Virus record (IMG/VR): IMGVR_UViG_3300033150_001207
Coordinates: 1 to 64,000 of that record
From: a virus
DNA: 64,000 nucleotides
Strand: one strand, 5' to 3'
Shown here: one piece after another, positions 1 to 9,435 of the stretch
How the letters are laid out: the number at the start of each line of letters is the position of its first letter
How positions within the stretch are numbered: position 1 is the first letter of the stretch
Notes under the pieces: generated by a model
What the model was told of the DNA's origin: nothing
Database searches by the model: none
Seen by the model: only the letters and a program-made list of their open reading frames with translations
Translations under genes and position numbers: made by a program

Positions 1-363
1 ATCTGTTTCTCCAGATTCTTCAAGTGCTTTGGTAAGGTAACATACACGCTTAGTTCCACTATTTAACCACATTGTTAAATCTGATATGCAACGCTCTGCA
101 TCCCAATCAGTATTGATATAAGCGGATATATTTCTCTCTGTCATACCATTGACTATACTCGATAAAGCACTATCAACCCAGTAATAAATATAGTCATCAG
201 CCAATTTATACCTACCTGCCTCAGATACCATGTTCCGAATCCACTGCGGTGTTATGTCATGGTAATAGATAAATTTAGAACCATTGTACCTTGTTCCTAC
301 TTTAAAATGTCTTTTCGCTTCTTTTGCAATATCTCTAATAGTTAATTCTCTTGTGGCTTTCAC
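1..363 (-). CDS. Early phage hypothetical protein, partial (runs off window edge)
   Basis: Not in the ORF track. GTG at 363 follows GGAGG; the frame stays open to position 1 (…ADDYIYYWVDSAL…SDLTMWLNSGTKRVCYLTKALEE…). Confidence 0.7.
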   Translation of the reverse strand, partial: MKATRELTIRDIAKEAKRHFKVGTRYNGSKFIYYHDITPQWIRNMVSEAGRYKLADDYIYYWVDSALSSIVNGMTERNISAYINTDWDAERCISDLTMWLNSGTKRVCYLTKALEESGETD

Positions 364-378
364 TGTAATAACCTCCAA

Positions 379-825
379 TTATAATTTGATGGTTTGTACT
401 TTCTTCCATTTCTTCGATTCTTCGAGTTCATAATTATCTGTATACGTTGGCTCATAAACAACGATACAGTCAGGTTTAATAGCATAAAAATACTCAATAT
501 CACTATGGAATTGATTGCAAATACCATAACCAAGATAGCGATAATAAGGATTTCTTAAAAGTTTATTTCTTTTATGTGCTTTTTTCATTTCATTATCATG
601 CTCATTCGTTAAGAACTGTATAAGTCTCGCCGCGATGTATTCAGTATCAAAACCTCGTTTGCTTATAAAGTTTTTAACAAATGGTACAATTTCAGATAGT
701 ACGCCGTATTCAGAACCATCAACTTTGCCAGGGTAACCATCAAAGTGGCGATATAATAATGCTACATAATTGTTAAGAGAATCTTCATTAGATTCATAGA
801 TACCGATTTGGCAACGTGTACTCAT
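379..825 (-). CDS. Conserved phage protein with YRHxDGYP motif
   Basis: MSTRCQIG…LLYRHFDGYP; the ATG at 825 follows GGAGGTTATCACA, so it is preferred over the track start at 855. Confidence 0.75.
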   Translation of the reverse strand: MSTRCQIGIYESNEDSLNNYVALLYRHFDGYPGKVDGSEYGVLSEIVPFVKNFISKRGFDTEYIAARLIQFLTNEHDNEMKKAHKRNKLLRNPYYRYLGYGICNQFHSDIEYFYAIKPDCIVVYEPTYTDNYELEESKKWKKVQTIKL

Positions 826-851
826 TGTGATAACCTCCTTTTGTAAACTGT

Positions 852-1226
852 TCACATACGATAGTAATATTCAGTACCATCAAAATTGGCACTTGTATAA
901 TCGCCCTTAAGTTCATCAGAAGCATCTTTCCAAGCAATATGATAAACAGGCCAGGAAAGCTCATCTGCAATAGCTCCTATATCAAGAACATATCCTTTTG
1001 CATACTCTTCAAAATAATGCTCACTGATAAGAGATTCATCATTCTCAAAAGCAGATTCGTCTATGTCATCGGCAAAGGCCTTGAGTTTATCGTACTCATC
1101 TTTATAAAGCTCGGTAAACTCGTCATAGCTATTAGGGTCGTCTCGAACTTCTTCAAGTTCTTTTATTCGTTTCGTAATGTCGCTTGCGTAAATAATATCA
1201 TCCGTATTTGTGATTTTAGTTGACAT
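852..1226 (-). CDS. ArdA-like acidic antirestriction (DNA-mimic) protein
   Basis: Very D/E-rich; C-terminus HIAWKDASDELKGDYTSANFDGTEYYYR resembles the ArdA C-terminal IDW…DY…Y signature; early-region position. Confidence 0.5.
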   Translation of the reverse strand: MSTKITNTDDIIYASDITKRIKELEEVRDDPNSYDEFTELYKDEYDKLKAFADDIDESAFENDESLISEHYFEEYAKGYVLDIGAIADELSWPVYHIAWKDASDELKGDYTSANFDGTEYYYRM

Positions 1227-1256
1227 TGTGATAACCTCCTGTTTATTACATCAATA

Positions 1257-1442
1257 TTATTCGTGAGTGTACAGAGTTCCATCGTCTTTTTCAACTACAA
1301 GTAAATTAAGAAGACGGTAAACTCTTGTCCCGCAAATAAATTCCTCGAATTTCATCGCTTCTCTTAAGGGTTTTCCAGATATAGCAAAATTTCCATTTAC
1401 CTTATACGAAAACTGATTTTGAAATTCCTCCTTTGATAACAT
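1257..1442 (-). CDS. Small early hypothetical protein
   Basis: ORF with AAGGAGG upstream, in the leftward gene run. Confidence 0.6.
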   Translation of the reverse strand: MLSKEEFQNQFSYKVNGNFAISGKPLREAMKFEEFICGTRVYRLLNLLVVEKDDGTLYTHE

Positions 1443-1474
1443 TTTAAGACCTCCTTTTTAGTTGTTATAGTACA

Positions 1475-1762
1475 TCAGAAACTTATATTTGTTAAATGCC
1501 CAATACCCGCCGTTGCTCTGAACACATCGGCGTTTATCTTTCTTTTTTCTGGCGTTTCGTGCTTTGCTTCTGGATGAGTACAACTAACAACTGCAAATTC
1601 ACTCCATGCTCTGGCGCCATAATATTGACAAGGTTTAGCATTACGAATACCGCAACATTTTCTCATATCAACTGCCTTGTTATCAATCGGACATTTGTCA
1701 AGTATACAATCGAGCTTAACCATTTTGACATCTTCCCTCTTTATTATTTTTGTTTCAATCAA
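1475..1762 (-). CDS. Cys-rich hypothetical protein
   Basis: ORF in the leftward gene run; several Cys residues; start uncertain. Confidence 0.55.
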   Translation of the reverse strand: MIETKIIKREDVKMVKLDCILDKCPIDNKAVDMRKCCGIRNAKPCQYYGARAWSEFAVVSCTHPEAKHETPEKRKINADVFRATAGIGHLTNISF

Positions 1763-1778
1763 TCTTAAATCATTGTCA

Positions 1779-2012
1779 TTATCTTTTACGAAAGGTCAAT
1801 TTGTTAATTTCGTCATAAGCTTCATGTAAAAACGAATTGAAGTGCATGCTATTTACAATCGTGTCTGTTACAAGTGCAAAAGCATGTTTATAATCCGATA
1901 ATTTTTCGTTCGCCCTTACTTGCATTGCTGTCGTACCATTCAGTCCGACTCTTTTTACCTCTTCCTCGCAATTCATTATTTGAGCAGCGAGTTTGACCAA
2001 ATTGCATTCCAT
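1779..2012 (-). CDS. Small early hypothetical protein
   Basis: ATG preceded by CAGGAGG. Confidence 0.65.
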   Translation of the reverse strand: MECNLVKLAAQIMNCEEEVKRVGLNGTTAMQVRANEKLSDYKHAFALVTDTIVNSMHFNSFLHEAYDEINKLTFRKR

Positions 2013-2044
2013 TTCAACAACCTCCTGTTTATTACACTTGATGT

Positions 2045-2251
2045 TTAGTAAAGTGGATGTAAGTATAGCGAGTCAATTTGCTCTCCTTTGTCCCTTTTAT
2101 CGCACAATTCTCTACACTTTTTTAGAGTAAAAGCCCAGTGAAAACCTTCTATCGGTTTCCCGCTTTCATTAACTCTCTGAGCTTCATATCTTTTAACTGT
2201 TATAAATCCGCCCTCTTTAGTTATAACCCACGAATTATATTTACGAATCAT
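2045..2251 (-). CDS. Small early hypothetical protein
   Basis: ATG preceded by CAGGAG. Confidence 0.6.
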   Translation of the reverse strand: MIRKYNSWVITKEGGFITVKRYEAQRVNESGKPIEGFHWAFTLKKCRELCDKRDKGEQIDSLYLHPLY

Positions 2252-2419
2252 GATAATTTCTCCTGTTATAATACATTAACAATACGGGCTTTGAGTTTCA
2301 TCTTTGCGAGTTTATGTACAATTCTGAATGCGTCAAACAGATTACTGCACAATATAAACTCAATGCGTGTATGATTTTGTGACAGTATTATAATTTTAAA
2401 CATATGACCTCCTCAAGTG

Positions 2420-2857
2420 TTATTCAATAACATTTTCAAATATCACAATCATAGATGGAAACGGCGCTGGATTTCCGCTATCATCAAAACTTAACCTACC
2501 TTTCAGAAACCTGACTACCGGCTTATTATTATCCGCCCTGTCCCAGATATATTTGTGAAACCATTTCGTATCTGTTCTAGCCGGCAATAGCATAACGACT
2601 GTTCCATTTGTTTCGGATGCTTTTTTAACCCATTTGCCAATCTCACGACCGTAAGGCGGATTACAGTAAACAACTTCACCGTCCCATGATTGTTTCAAAC
2701 CGTCCTCCTGTTCGGTGTAATACTTTTCACACAAAGCATTTTCTGGCGTAGCGCAAGCGTCAAGTGTGAAATGATAAATTTTGTCAAGGCTATTGAATAA
2801 ATCTCTTGGCGTACGCCAGTCTTTACGGTTGCTTGTGAATAAACCTTTTGTTAGCAT
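2420..2857 (-). CDS. Phage DNA N6-adenine methyltransferase (phage Dam family)
   Basis: W-R-T-P, LDACA, YCNPPY catalytic motif, LLPARTDTKWFH, FLKGRLSF and APFPS motifs. Confidence 0.9.
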   Translation of the reverse strand: MLTKGLFTSNRKDWRTPRDLFNSLDKIYHFTLDACATPENALCEKYYTEQEDGLKQSWDGEVVYCNPPYGREIGKWVKKASETNGTVVMLLPARTDTKWFHKYIWDRADNNKPVVRFLKGRLSFDDSGNPAPFPSMIVIFENVIE

Positions 2858-3078
2858 AATATAACCTTAGTTTTCTTTATAATAATATAATATCTTGTTT
2901 AAATTGTTCATACAAAGGAAAAACGCAACCATGTATTTCCATAATCTTTGGATTTGCTGTACCTCTAGCGAGTAGCGGTTTTGAAGTGTTATAAAAATAT
3001 TCAAGCAACGCGTCTCTAGTTGCAAACATTTCGTCTTTTGTAAAAGTGTAGTTCTATGTTTTCATTTTAGACCTCCTG

Positions 3079-3519
3079 TTATAGTGTATTAACATCAATA
3101 TGATACTTCTCGATCAAAGTCTTAACAGTGGCAACGGCATCTCGACTTTCAATTGCATTAAAGTAATTATATATCTCATTCTCATACTTTTCTGATATGT
3201 CAGCGAGGCCCCTTTTAATGTCAGCTTTACTTTTGTTATATGCTTTTCCGTACCATTCTTCAAAATCTATATCTGTTTCGTCTCTGGTTGCATCTGTTCT
3301 CAAATAATCAGCATCAAGATCATTTATGAGACGTCGCAAATCTCTGTAGTACCAATGAAAGCCTTGCAGATTGTAATGAGCTATAAAACCATTCAATGAA
3401 TGTAGAAAACTATATGCTGGATTGTTAAGCTTTGTAATGTCCTTTGTCTTGAATACTAAATTGACATTATTAAGTATTGCCTTGACATTATATGGTTTCC
3501 AATTACCCACTTTTTGCAT
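3079..3519 (-). CDS. Early hypothetical protein
   Basis: 146-aa ORF with GGAGG; GFIAHYNLQGF motif. Confidence 0.7.
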   Translation of the reverse strand: MQKVGNWKPYNVKAILNNVNLVFKTKDITKLNNPAYSFLHSLNGFIAHYNLQGFHWYYRDLRRLINDLDADYLRTDATRDETDIDFEEWYGKAYNKSKADIKRGLADISEKYENEIYNYFNAIESRDAVATVKTLIEKYHIDVNTL

Positions 3520-3712
3520 TGTAGTTACCTCCTGTCAAAGTGTGTTACTCCTCATGTACTATTTCTCCTTGAGTATATCCTTGCTTAATCATTTCTGCTA
3601 TATGCTCAAGATCTGCATCATTGGGTTTGATTTCGTTATCGTCATCGTCCCTAATATTAATGTCCACTTTCCAATATCCGCTTACCGACATTTCAACCTC
3701 CTTGTTTGAGTT

Positions 3713-3904
3713 TTAATAAACATGAACACCGTATCCAGGCTTGGCGTTTTCATACTCACGCCTCGAACACCTGTAACCGACCGCTTTGCTTTCACTCTTT
3801 GGATTCAGGCCACATATTTCACGTGCATCATCAATGTTATGTGCGACACAGTAATATGTATCACCGAAGCCTCTGTTACCAATCAGTTTGTAGTAATGTA
3901 ACAT
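3713..3904 (-). CDS. Small hypothetical protein
   Basis: ORF with leader GGGGGTATTACAATG, similar to other early starts. Confidence 0.55.
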   Translation of the reverse strand: MLHYYKLIGNRGFGDTYYCVAHNIDDAREICGLNPKSESKAVGYRCSRREYENAKPGYGVHVY

Positions 3905-4077
3905 TGTAATACCCCCCTGTTGATCTTAGCCTCTTGATCGCAATCGTTAACATAGCTGTGTATTTCAGGTTTGATACGGTCGCTATACCATTCAATGTCA
4001 TTGACTTGAAGCTTCTCAACCACTTTAAAATTTTCATCTCTGACTTCGATAAGGATTCTACATCTTTTGCTTAACAT
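3883..4077 (-). CDS. Small hypothetical protein
   Basis: ATG preceded by CAGGAGG. Confidence 0.6.
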   Translation of the reverse strand: MLSKRCRILIEVRDENFKVVEKLQVNDIEWYSDRIKPEIHSYVNDCDQEAKINRGVLQCYITTN

Positions 4078-4179
4078 TGTTTTTTCCTCCTGTTTTAAAT
4101 GATTCTTTTATGATTATCTTTTCCGTCTAAATTGACAGAAGTCAAGCTCACTGCATACATTTAATCCTTTTATTTGTTA

Positions 4180-4434
4180 TTACAACAACGACCTTTCTAT
4201 TTCAAAGAGTTTTTTCAATATCATATTTCCATCAATAATCTCTTTATCAGCTTCTTCAGCGGTGGTATAAACTGTTGTTTGAGGAGTACAATGGAAACTT
4301 CTCCTGCTAAGGTTTCTCCCAATTATGACCCACCAGTCTTCTGTGATTCCAGCAATCCTTTTAGCTCCAAAGCCGGTTGGCAGAAAGTAATCCTCTGGAT
4401 TGAGTTTTTTCATTTTGATTTCAGCTAATGTCAT
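4180..4434 (-). CDS. Small hypothetical protein
   Basis: ATG preceded by AAGGAGG. Confidence 0.6.
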   Translation of the reverse strand: MTLAEIKMKKLNPEDYFLPTGFGAKRIAGITEDWWVIIGRNLSRRSFHCTPQTTVYTTAEEADKEIIDGNMILKKLFEIERSLL

Positions 4435-4475
4435 TTCTTTGCCTCCTTGTTTTTTTAATATTTCCCTTTTTTTAA

Positions 4476-4679
4476 TTATCGATGTTTTTCTAAAAACCTT
4501 ATTATACTCTTATTGTTCCTCTCCTGTCCAATATGCCTATGGTCATAACAAAAATGGTATTTTCTCCATATCTCATCCATGTCAAACAATAAGAAACTCC
4601 AAACTTTGGCGTATCCGATATTCGGACATTCCTTTCCGCAAATACAGCATTTATGGAATTTGAATTTATCCTTAAGCAT
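4476..4679 (-). CDS. Small Cys/His (zinc-binding-like) protein
   Basis: CCICG…FCYDH. Confidence 0.55.
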   Translation of the reverse strand: MLKDKFKFHKCCICGKECPNIGYAKVWSFLLFDMDEIWRKYHFCYDHRHIGQERNNKSIIRFLEKHR

Positions 4680-4704
4680 TATTCTTCCTTTTTAAATTTG
4701 AAAT

Positions 4705-4899
4705 TTACTTTGTAACCCTATCCCAAACAAAAGCTTTCAAGATGGATATTGACAAAGCATTTGCGATATTGTCTAAGCGCCAATTCCTCTTTCTTAAAAT
4801 TTTGAAAGCACGCAATTTTGTTTTTTCTTCTTCAGTCATTATTATTTCATCTTTCACAGTTTGACGCCCCCTTTTCAAAAGAGTTATTAATATATCCAA
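4705..4899 (-). CDS. Small HTH-like protein
   Basis: LRKRNWRLDNIANALSIS resembles an HTH; true start is probably the ATG near 4840. Confidence 0.45.
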   Translation of the reverse strand: MDILITLLKRGRQTVKDEIIMTEEEKTKLRAFKILRKRNWRLDNIANALSISILKAFVWDRVTK

Positions 4900-4917
4900 C
4901 TTAGGACAGATACTGTA

Positions 4918-5085
4918 TTACCATTCTCTTACAGACGTTTGGTATCCATATCGCAATAATGTAGTATCACCTTTGTTTATTGTTATTTTGCTATAAGCTT
5001 CTTCCGCATCTTTAACGTCACCCTCAAAGCTTTCGCCAGTCATTAGATTAAGAACATAATAACCTTTTTGCTTATTCTTTTTCAT
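4918..5085 (-). CDS. 55-aa hypothetical protein (below track cutoff)
   Basis: Manually translated MKKNKQKGYYVLNLMTGESFEG…SVREW*; purine-rich leader. Confidence 0.5.
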   Translation of the reverse strand: MKKNKQKGYYVLNLMTGESFEGDVKDAEEAYSKITINKGDTTLLRYGYQTSVREW

Positions 5086-5260
5086 TTTTCTTCTTCCCTT
5101 AATTTATAGTGCAGATAAGACCTTGTCAAGTGCTTTTTTATAAAATCCTCAAATTTCGTTTTCAATCCACCTTGCAAACCGCCGTATAGCCTTACCACAT
5201 CTACGTTTGCACGGATTCTACGGCGATTTGCAATATTCCTTAAAAAAAACATCACAATTC

Positions 5261-5422
5261 CTAGCGGTTTAGTGATAATTCTTCTTCCTTATAATAGAGT
5301 TTATCGTAGCCTTTGCCCTTACAGAATCGGCAGAACCCCCTGTCGTCAAGTTCACCGCATACACTTGTTCCTCGCCCACAATGATGACAACAACCTTGCC
5401 AATCGCCTAGTACGTCTTTCAT
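5261..5422 (-). CDS. 53-aa CxxC…CxxC zinc-finger protein (below track cutoff)
   Basis: MKDVLGDWQGCCHHCGRG…GFCRFCKGKG; first ORF downstream of the 5477-5505 promoter. Confidence 0.55.
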   Translation of the reverse strand: MKDVLGDWQGCCHHCGRGTSVCGELDDRGFCRFCKGKGYDKLYYKEEELSLNR

Positions 5423-5476
5423 TTTTTGCATTACACTTCCTTTAAAAGTTCATAACAATTTCAACTTGCACAATAC

Positions 5477-5505
5477 AATATAATACCACAAAAAATGCTT
5501 GTCAA
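5477..5505 (-). promoter_or_regulatory. Sigma70-type early promoter
   Basis: TTGACA-17 nt-TATATT on the minus strand, upstream of the early gene run. Confidence 0.75.
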
Positions 5506-5573
5506 TAAAAAAGTACAGAAAATCCCGATTTTTTTCATATCATAACATATTGTTTATTATAATACATGCAGTT

Positions 5574-5613
5574 TTTAGTGGATTAAACACCTATGATTTA
5601 GTGGATTAAACAC
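5574..5613. repeat. 17-bp direct repeat
   Basis: TTTAGTGGATTAAACAC at 5574-5590 and 5597-5613. Confidence 0.8.
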
Positions 5614-5753
5614 TACAAGGATTGTATCATGCGAGGGCTGTCGTAAAACTACGAAAGTTGTCGTAGAACTGTGTCTGAAAGTGATTGTGTGAGGGTATAT
5701 AATATATATAATGTATTATAGCAAAAGTCGTGCCAGTGTGTATGCCTAGAGGG

Positions 5754-6612
5754 ATAGTCTACAGTAGAGTATATCTATATCAATGTCGGTTTTGTGTGAA
5801 TAGTCTACAGTAGAATATACTACAGTAGTATTGTTGGTGTATTGGCTGTTTTACTGTTCCCGTTATTGCTATAAGCATTGTCGCAAGTGGAATAGTCTAC
5901 TGTAGACTATCTGTTGTGTATATTAAATATGGTTTGCTCTATTACTGGCGTTGTGAGTATTATTGTAAACGGAATAGTCTACTGTGGAATACTCGCTGTG
6001 TTGATTTGTGTTTGTTAGGTTTTATCTAACACAAGACATACCACCACCCCACCCCAATTGGAATGTAATAACACTACGACACTACGAATGCGAGTACTGT
6101 CGTAGCTGGTACACTTGTTGCTGTAAATATTTACACTGGCGGGCAGTATTAGGTTGTATTGTTCGTTGTATTCGTTGCATTATATATTGTACTCGTTGTA
6201 TTACATGTTATAGCCAGAGTATTACACATTGTATTATACCAGAGCGACGTATAAATATTTACACACCCCCGTACTGATATGGCCAGAATGCGTATTGGTA
6301 GAAGACGCACAACCATACATTATACCATCAGTACCATTAGTACCATCAATACAATCAGCACCATCAGCACAAACGGCGCTATCAGTACAACCAGAAAACC
6401 AACTATGAGTATAAATATTTACACATCCACAATACCGTATTCCCTATGCTCGCACAACATATTGTACTATGCGCAGTATAAATACTTATATATTTCATAG
6501 TGGTATATTCCCGTACTTGTGTATTCTACAGTAGTATACCCCCTTGTCCGTACAATCTGTTGTACCAGTATAAGCATTTATATACCTTTTCACATATTCC
6601 ACAGTAGTATAT
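5754..6612. repeat. Dispersed 19-bp quasi-palindrome family (7 copies)
   Basis: ATAGTCTAC-W-GTAGACTAT-like copies at 5754, 5800, 5815, 5892 (perfect), 5974, 6521 and 6594, in non-coding DNA. Confidence 0.8.
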
Positions 6613-7226
6613 CCCATACCCACATAATCCATCATACCAGTATAAGCGTTTACACCTATACGAGTACCGTCGCACACATACCCCCGGTGTACAAGGGTCA
6701 CGCACGAGCGGGCAGGTGTATGTATATATAATATAGGGTACTATTCCCACACATGCATTTTCTATTTTATTTTTTTTCACATCCAGAATTGGTATGTTAG
6801 TTTATTATTATATTTTGAATAGCAACATACCATACCAAAACCTAATATATCCCCGAAACGCCAATACCATCTATAGGGTTATGCTCTGGTTGTTTCCCTA
6901 AATATATATCTGCATTATATTTATGCATTATTGTGATTTCGGGCGGTAAATTCTGAGTATTCGTGGGTTCTTAGTTATCGTTGTGCTTCGTATTTTTACA
7001 AAGCTCATTGTGTGTTTTGCTTGGGTGCTATATAATATTGTATTTGTGTATCATTGTAGTCTTGATAGTACGGCAAAAGTGGTTGGTTGGCGGTATACAT
7101 TACAACATATTACTGTATTTACACTTAAGCCCTAGGCGCTATATACAGAGGTATAATTGTAAATTCGAATGTAGCAGGTATGAATTGTTTATGATCTGTA
7201 GTGTAATCTCTATATCCACTTATATT

Positions 7227-7646
7227 TTATCGATTCCTCCAGTGTACATTCCTGACTTTATCCGCCGTCCATTCGTCGGTATATCTCGGTTTTAGTTTTT
7301 TATTATTCAACTCTCTCGCTATTTGCAAATACGATTTACCTTCTTTTCTGAGTTGTTTTATTAACGATATTATTTTTTGTTCTTTCGGTTCGGGTACTAT
7401 CACATTTCTGAGGTCGTATTTGTATCCGTAGCCTGTTCCCCCAGGACGCCTCTTGAATATTATACCTTTCTGATCCCTTTTCTCAAGCCATTCCATGAAC
7501 ACGTTGATATTGTCGAGTGTTTCAGACTCGGTTTTACCGATTAGCCTGTTTGCTATCTGGTGTGGCAGGTCGGTACTTTTTACAAGATTACCGATAGGGG
7601 TATTATCGTCATCCAGATTTGAGTTACATTTACCCATATTTCCCAT
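7227..7646 (-). CDS. Stand-alone serine-recombinase DNA-binding (Recombinase) domain protein
   Basis: GYGYK…PEPKEQKIISLIKQLRKEGKSYLQIARELN…WTADKVRNV; no Y-x-R-x-S catalytic domain. Confidence 0.7.
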   Translation of the reverse strand: MGNMGKCNSNLDDDNTPIGNLVKSTDLPHQIANRLIGKTESETLDNINVFMEWLEKRDQKGIIFKRRPGGTGYGYKYDLRNVIVPEPKEQKIISLIKQLRKEGKSYLQIARELNNKKLKPRYTDEWTADKVRNVHWRNR

Positions 7647-7650
7647 TGAG

Positions 7651-7971
7651 CTATTTCCCCTCCTCGAAGAAGTTTAATTTATTGTCTGACAATACCTGGA
7701 ACAACGCCCTGGAATGACGTCTTATAAAATCTTCGTTGTCATCCTTGCTGGCAACAATGGTCAAAGCATTGTCTATTGTATGGTCTATTTCGTGTAATAG
7801 CGCACACATTTGTCTTGAAAACGGCATATCTTTTTCTATTTCAATAAGACATTCACTATGCTTTACGGTTGCATGACCGGGTTCATCCCATTTATTCAAC
7901 TGTGGTCTATCTACTAATCTTACTTCATGCACCAAACCTAAAATATTTATTTTTTTGGGTAATTTTTTCAT
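7651..7971 (-). CDS. HExxH metallopeptidase-like phage protein
   Basis: LPKKINILG…IEIEKD…LLHEIDH. Confidence 0.6.
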   Translation of the reverse strand: MKKLPKKINILGLVHEVRLVDRPQLNKWDEPGHATVKHSECLIEIEKDMPFSRQMCALLHEIDHTIDNALTIVASKDDNEDFIRRHSRALFQVLSDNKLNFFEEGK

Positions 7972-8019
7972 GTTTTTCTCCTTAAATTTTATTGTTTAAT
8001 ATTACATAGTAGTATATAC

Positions 8020-8229
8020 TCAGTGACCTTTTGGAACTCTAGTTTGTCTCTGTTTGCTTGTTTTTGCCATTTCTTCGAGCAACACACCGTTATTGTACAA
8101 ATAATTTATTGCAAAACTCATCAATGCATATAGTGTACATTCCCCGTTGTTTTTGTCAAACAATGCGCATTCAGTTTCGCAGTCATAATTAGTATTCTTA
8201 CTGTTAAAAAGTTTAATCGGACATATCAT
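8020..8229 (-). CDS. Small Cys-rich protein
   Basis: MICP…CETECA…ECT; AGGAG leader. Confidence 0.6.
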   Translation of the reverse strand: MICPIKLFNSKNTNYDCETECALFDKNNGECTLYALMSFAINYLYNNGVLLEEMAKTSKQRQTRVPKGH

Positions 8230-8419
8230 TTTTGTTCTCCTGTAGGTTATTGGTGTTTTGTTTTTCTATATTGTATTTCCCGCAATATATGCATTTGTAT
8301 TGATTCCATATAGTACCCCGATGGCTCGTGAATGTTTGTACATATTCCCAGACATGATTACATTTGCTATTTCTATTTTTGTTCCTCATTCAGTTCTCTT
8401 ATTCTTCTGTTTTTGTACT

Positions 8420-8857
8420 TTATTTTATATTTCTTAATTCTATTTTATGTTTACAATTAGGACAGGTTACAAAAGTCGAGTTCGGGTCTCGCCACATTGT
8501 TGTATTATATCCCTCTTTATAAGATTCTTGATACACTGATTTAATGGCTTTCCAGAATAATTCTGCGGATTCTGTTAAATCGACATCATCCCCATAAGTT
8601 ACATCGCCATTCTTTAAATTAATCTTTACTTGATTATTGCCAATAACTATATAATCATTATGACCAATTGTTGTCAATGTTTTTAATTCTTTTTGAGTAT
8701 CAAATATTAAGGGGTTATTATCGGAAGTAAATATATTCTGCTCTGGCTTCATTGTACTCATTCCTTTTGTTGTATTTCGTAATGGTATTACAACTAGTAT
8801 TATATATGATAAAGTTAATAATAGTACCGTTAATATTATTAGAAGTATTATTTTCAT
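8420..8857 (-). CDS. Membrane-anchored protein with C-terminal CxxC
   Basis: Hydrophobic N-terminus; VTCPNCKH. Confidence 0.6.
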   Translation of the reverse strand: MKIILLIILTVLLLTLSYIILVVIPLRNTTKGMSTMKPEQNIFTSDNNPLIFDTQKELKTLTTIGHNDYIVIGNNQVKINLKNGDVTYGDDVDLTESAELFWKAIKSVYQESYKEGYNTTMWRDPNSTFVTCPNCKHKIELRNIK

Positions 8858-8861
8858 AATA

Positions 8862-9128
8862 TTATTCCTCCCGTGTATTTAATTCTCTTATTTTCCTTTT
8901 TACACCCTTAATATTCACCAGTCTGTATTCATATTCCTTGCTATATTTGACTGCCCGCACTATCTTATATTTAAACTTCAGCACACATGCCCATTCAGGA
9001 AGTTTCAATTCGTACGCCTGTTCTATTTTATCCTTGCTATACACTATCGTCGGTATATATCCATCCAATAAAGCACTCAAGAACTTCCTGTACTCCAACG
9101 CAGAATATACAATACCTGCATTTCCCAT
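8862..9128 (-). CDS. Hypothetical protein
   Basis: ORF packed between neighbours on the same strand. Confidence 0.5.
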   Translation of the reverse strand: MGNAGIVYSALEYRKFLSALLDGYIPTIVYSKDKIEQAYELKLPEWACVLKFKYKIVRAVKYSKEYEYRLVNIKGVKRKIRELNTREE

Positions 9129-9189
9129 TTGTTCCGTAATACCGTATTCAGTCTTAACATAATCACCTATGTAAACTTCCCTGATTTAA

Positions 9190-9375
9190 CTACCGATTAT
9201 CAATTTCAAACAACAATTCCCCGCAATTTTTACAATAACCAGCAGAACATTCCATACACCCACAATCAAAGCATACATACCGAAACCGCTTGAAATGTGC
9301 GACAATTGTCAATAATTCTTTGTTTTGTCCAAATCTGCACATTCTATCTACCGTTGTTTTATCTATCTCAGACAT
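9190..9375 (-). CDS. Zinc-ribbon protein
   Basis: CFDCG…CKNCG; start placed at MSEID after AGGAGG. The track's upstream Pro-rich extension is the G-tract read-through. Confidence 0.6.
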   Translation of the reverse strand: MSEIDKTTVDRMCRFGQNKELLTIVAHFKRFRYVCFDCGCMECSAGYCKNCGELLFEIDNR

Positions 9376-9435
9376 TGTTCGCATCCTCCTGTGTTTGTTA
9401 CCATTCTCCGACTTTACCCAGCACGACCAGAAGCA

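Noticed and set aside
5754-5992. Possible CRISPR mini-array
   Set aside because: Repeats are only 19 bp, degenerate and irregularly spaced (46, 15, 77, 82 bp); no leader or cas genes.
6008-7295. ORFs of 68-104 aa on both strands
   Set aside because: Low-complexity Y/I/C/T-rich translations of repetitive DNA with no ribosome-binding sites; treated as non-coding.
7227-7646. Functional integrase / prophage boundary
   Set aside because: Catalytic serine domain absent; no att repeats or host genes seen.
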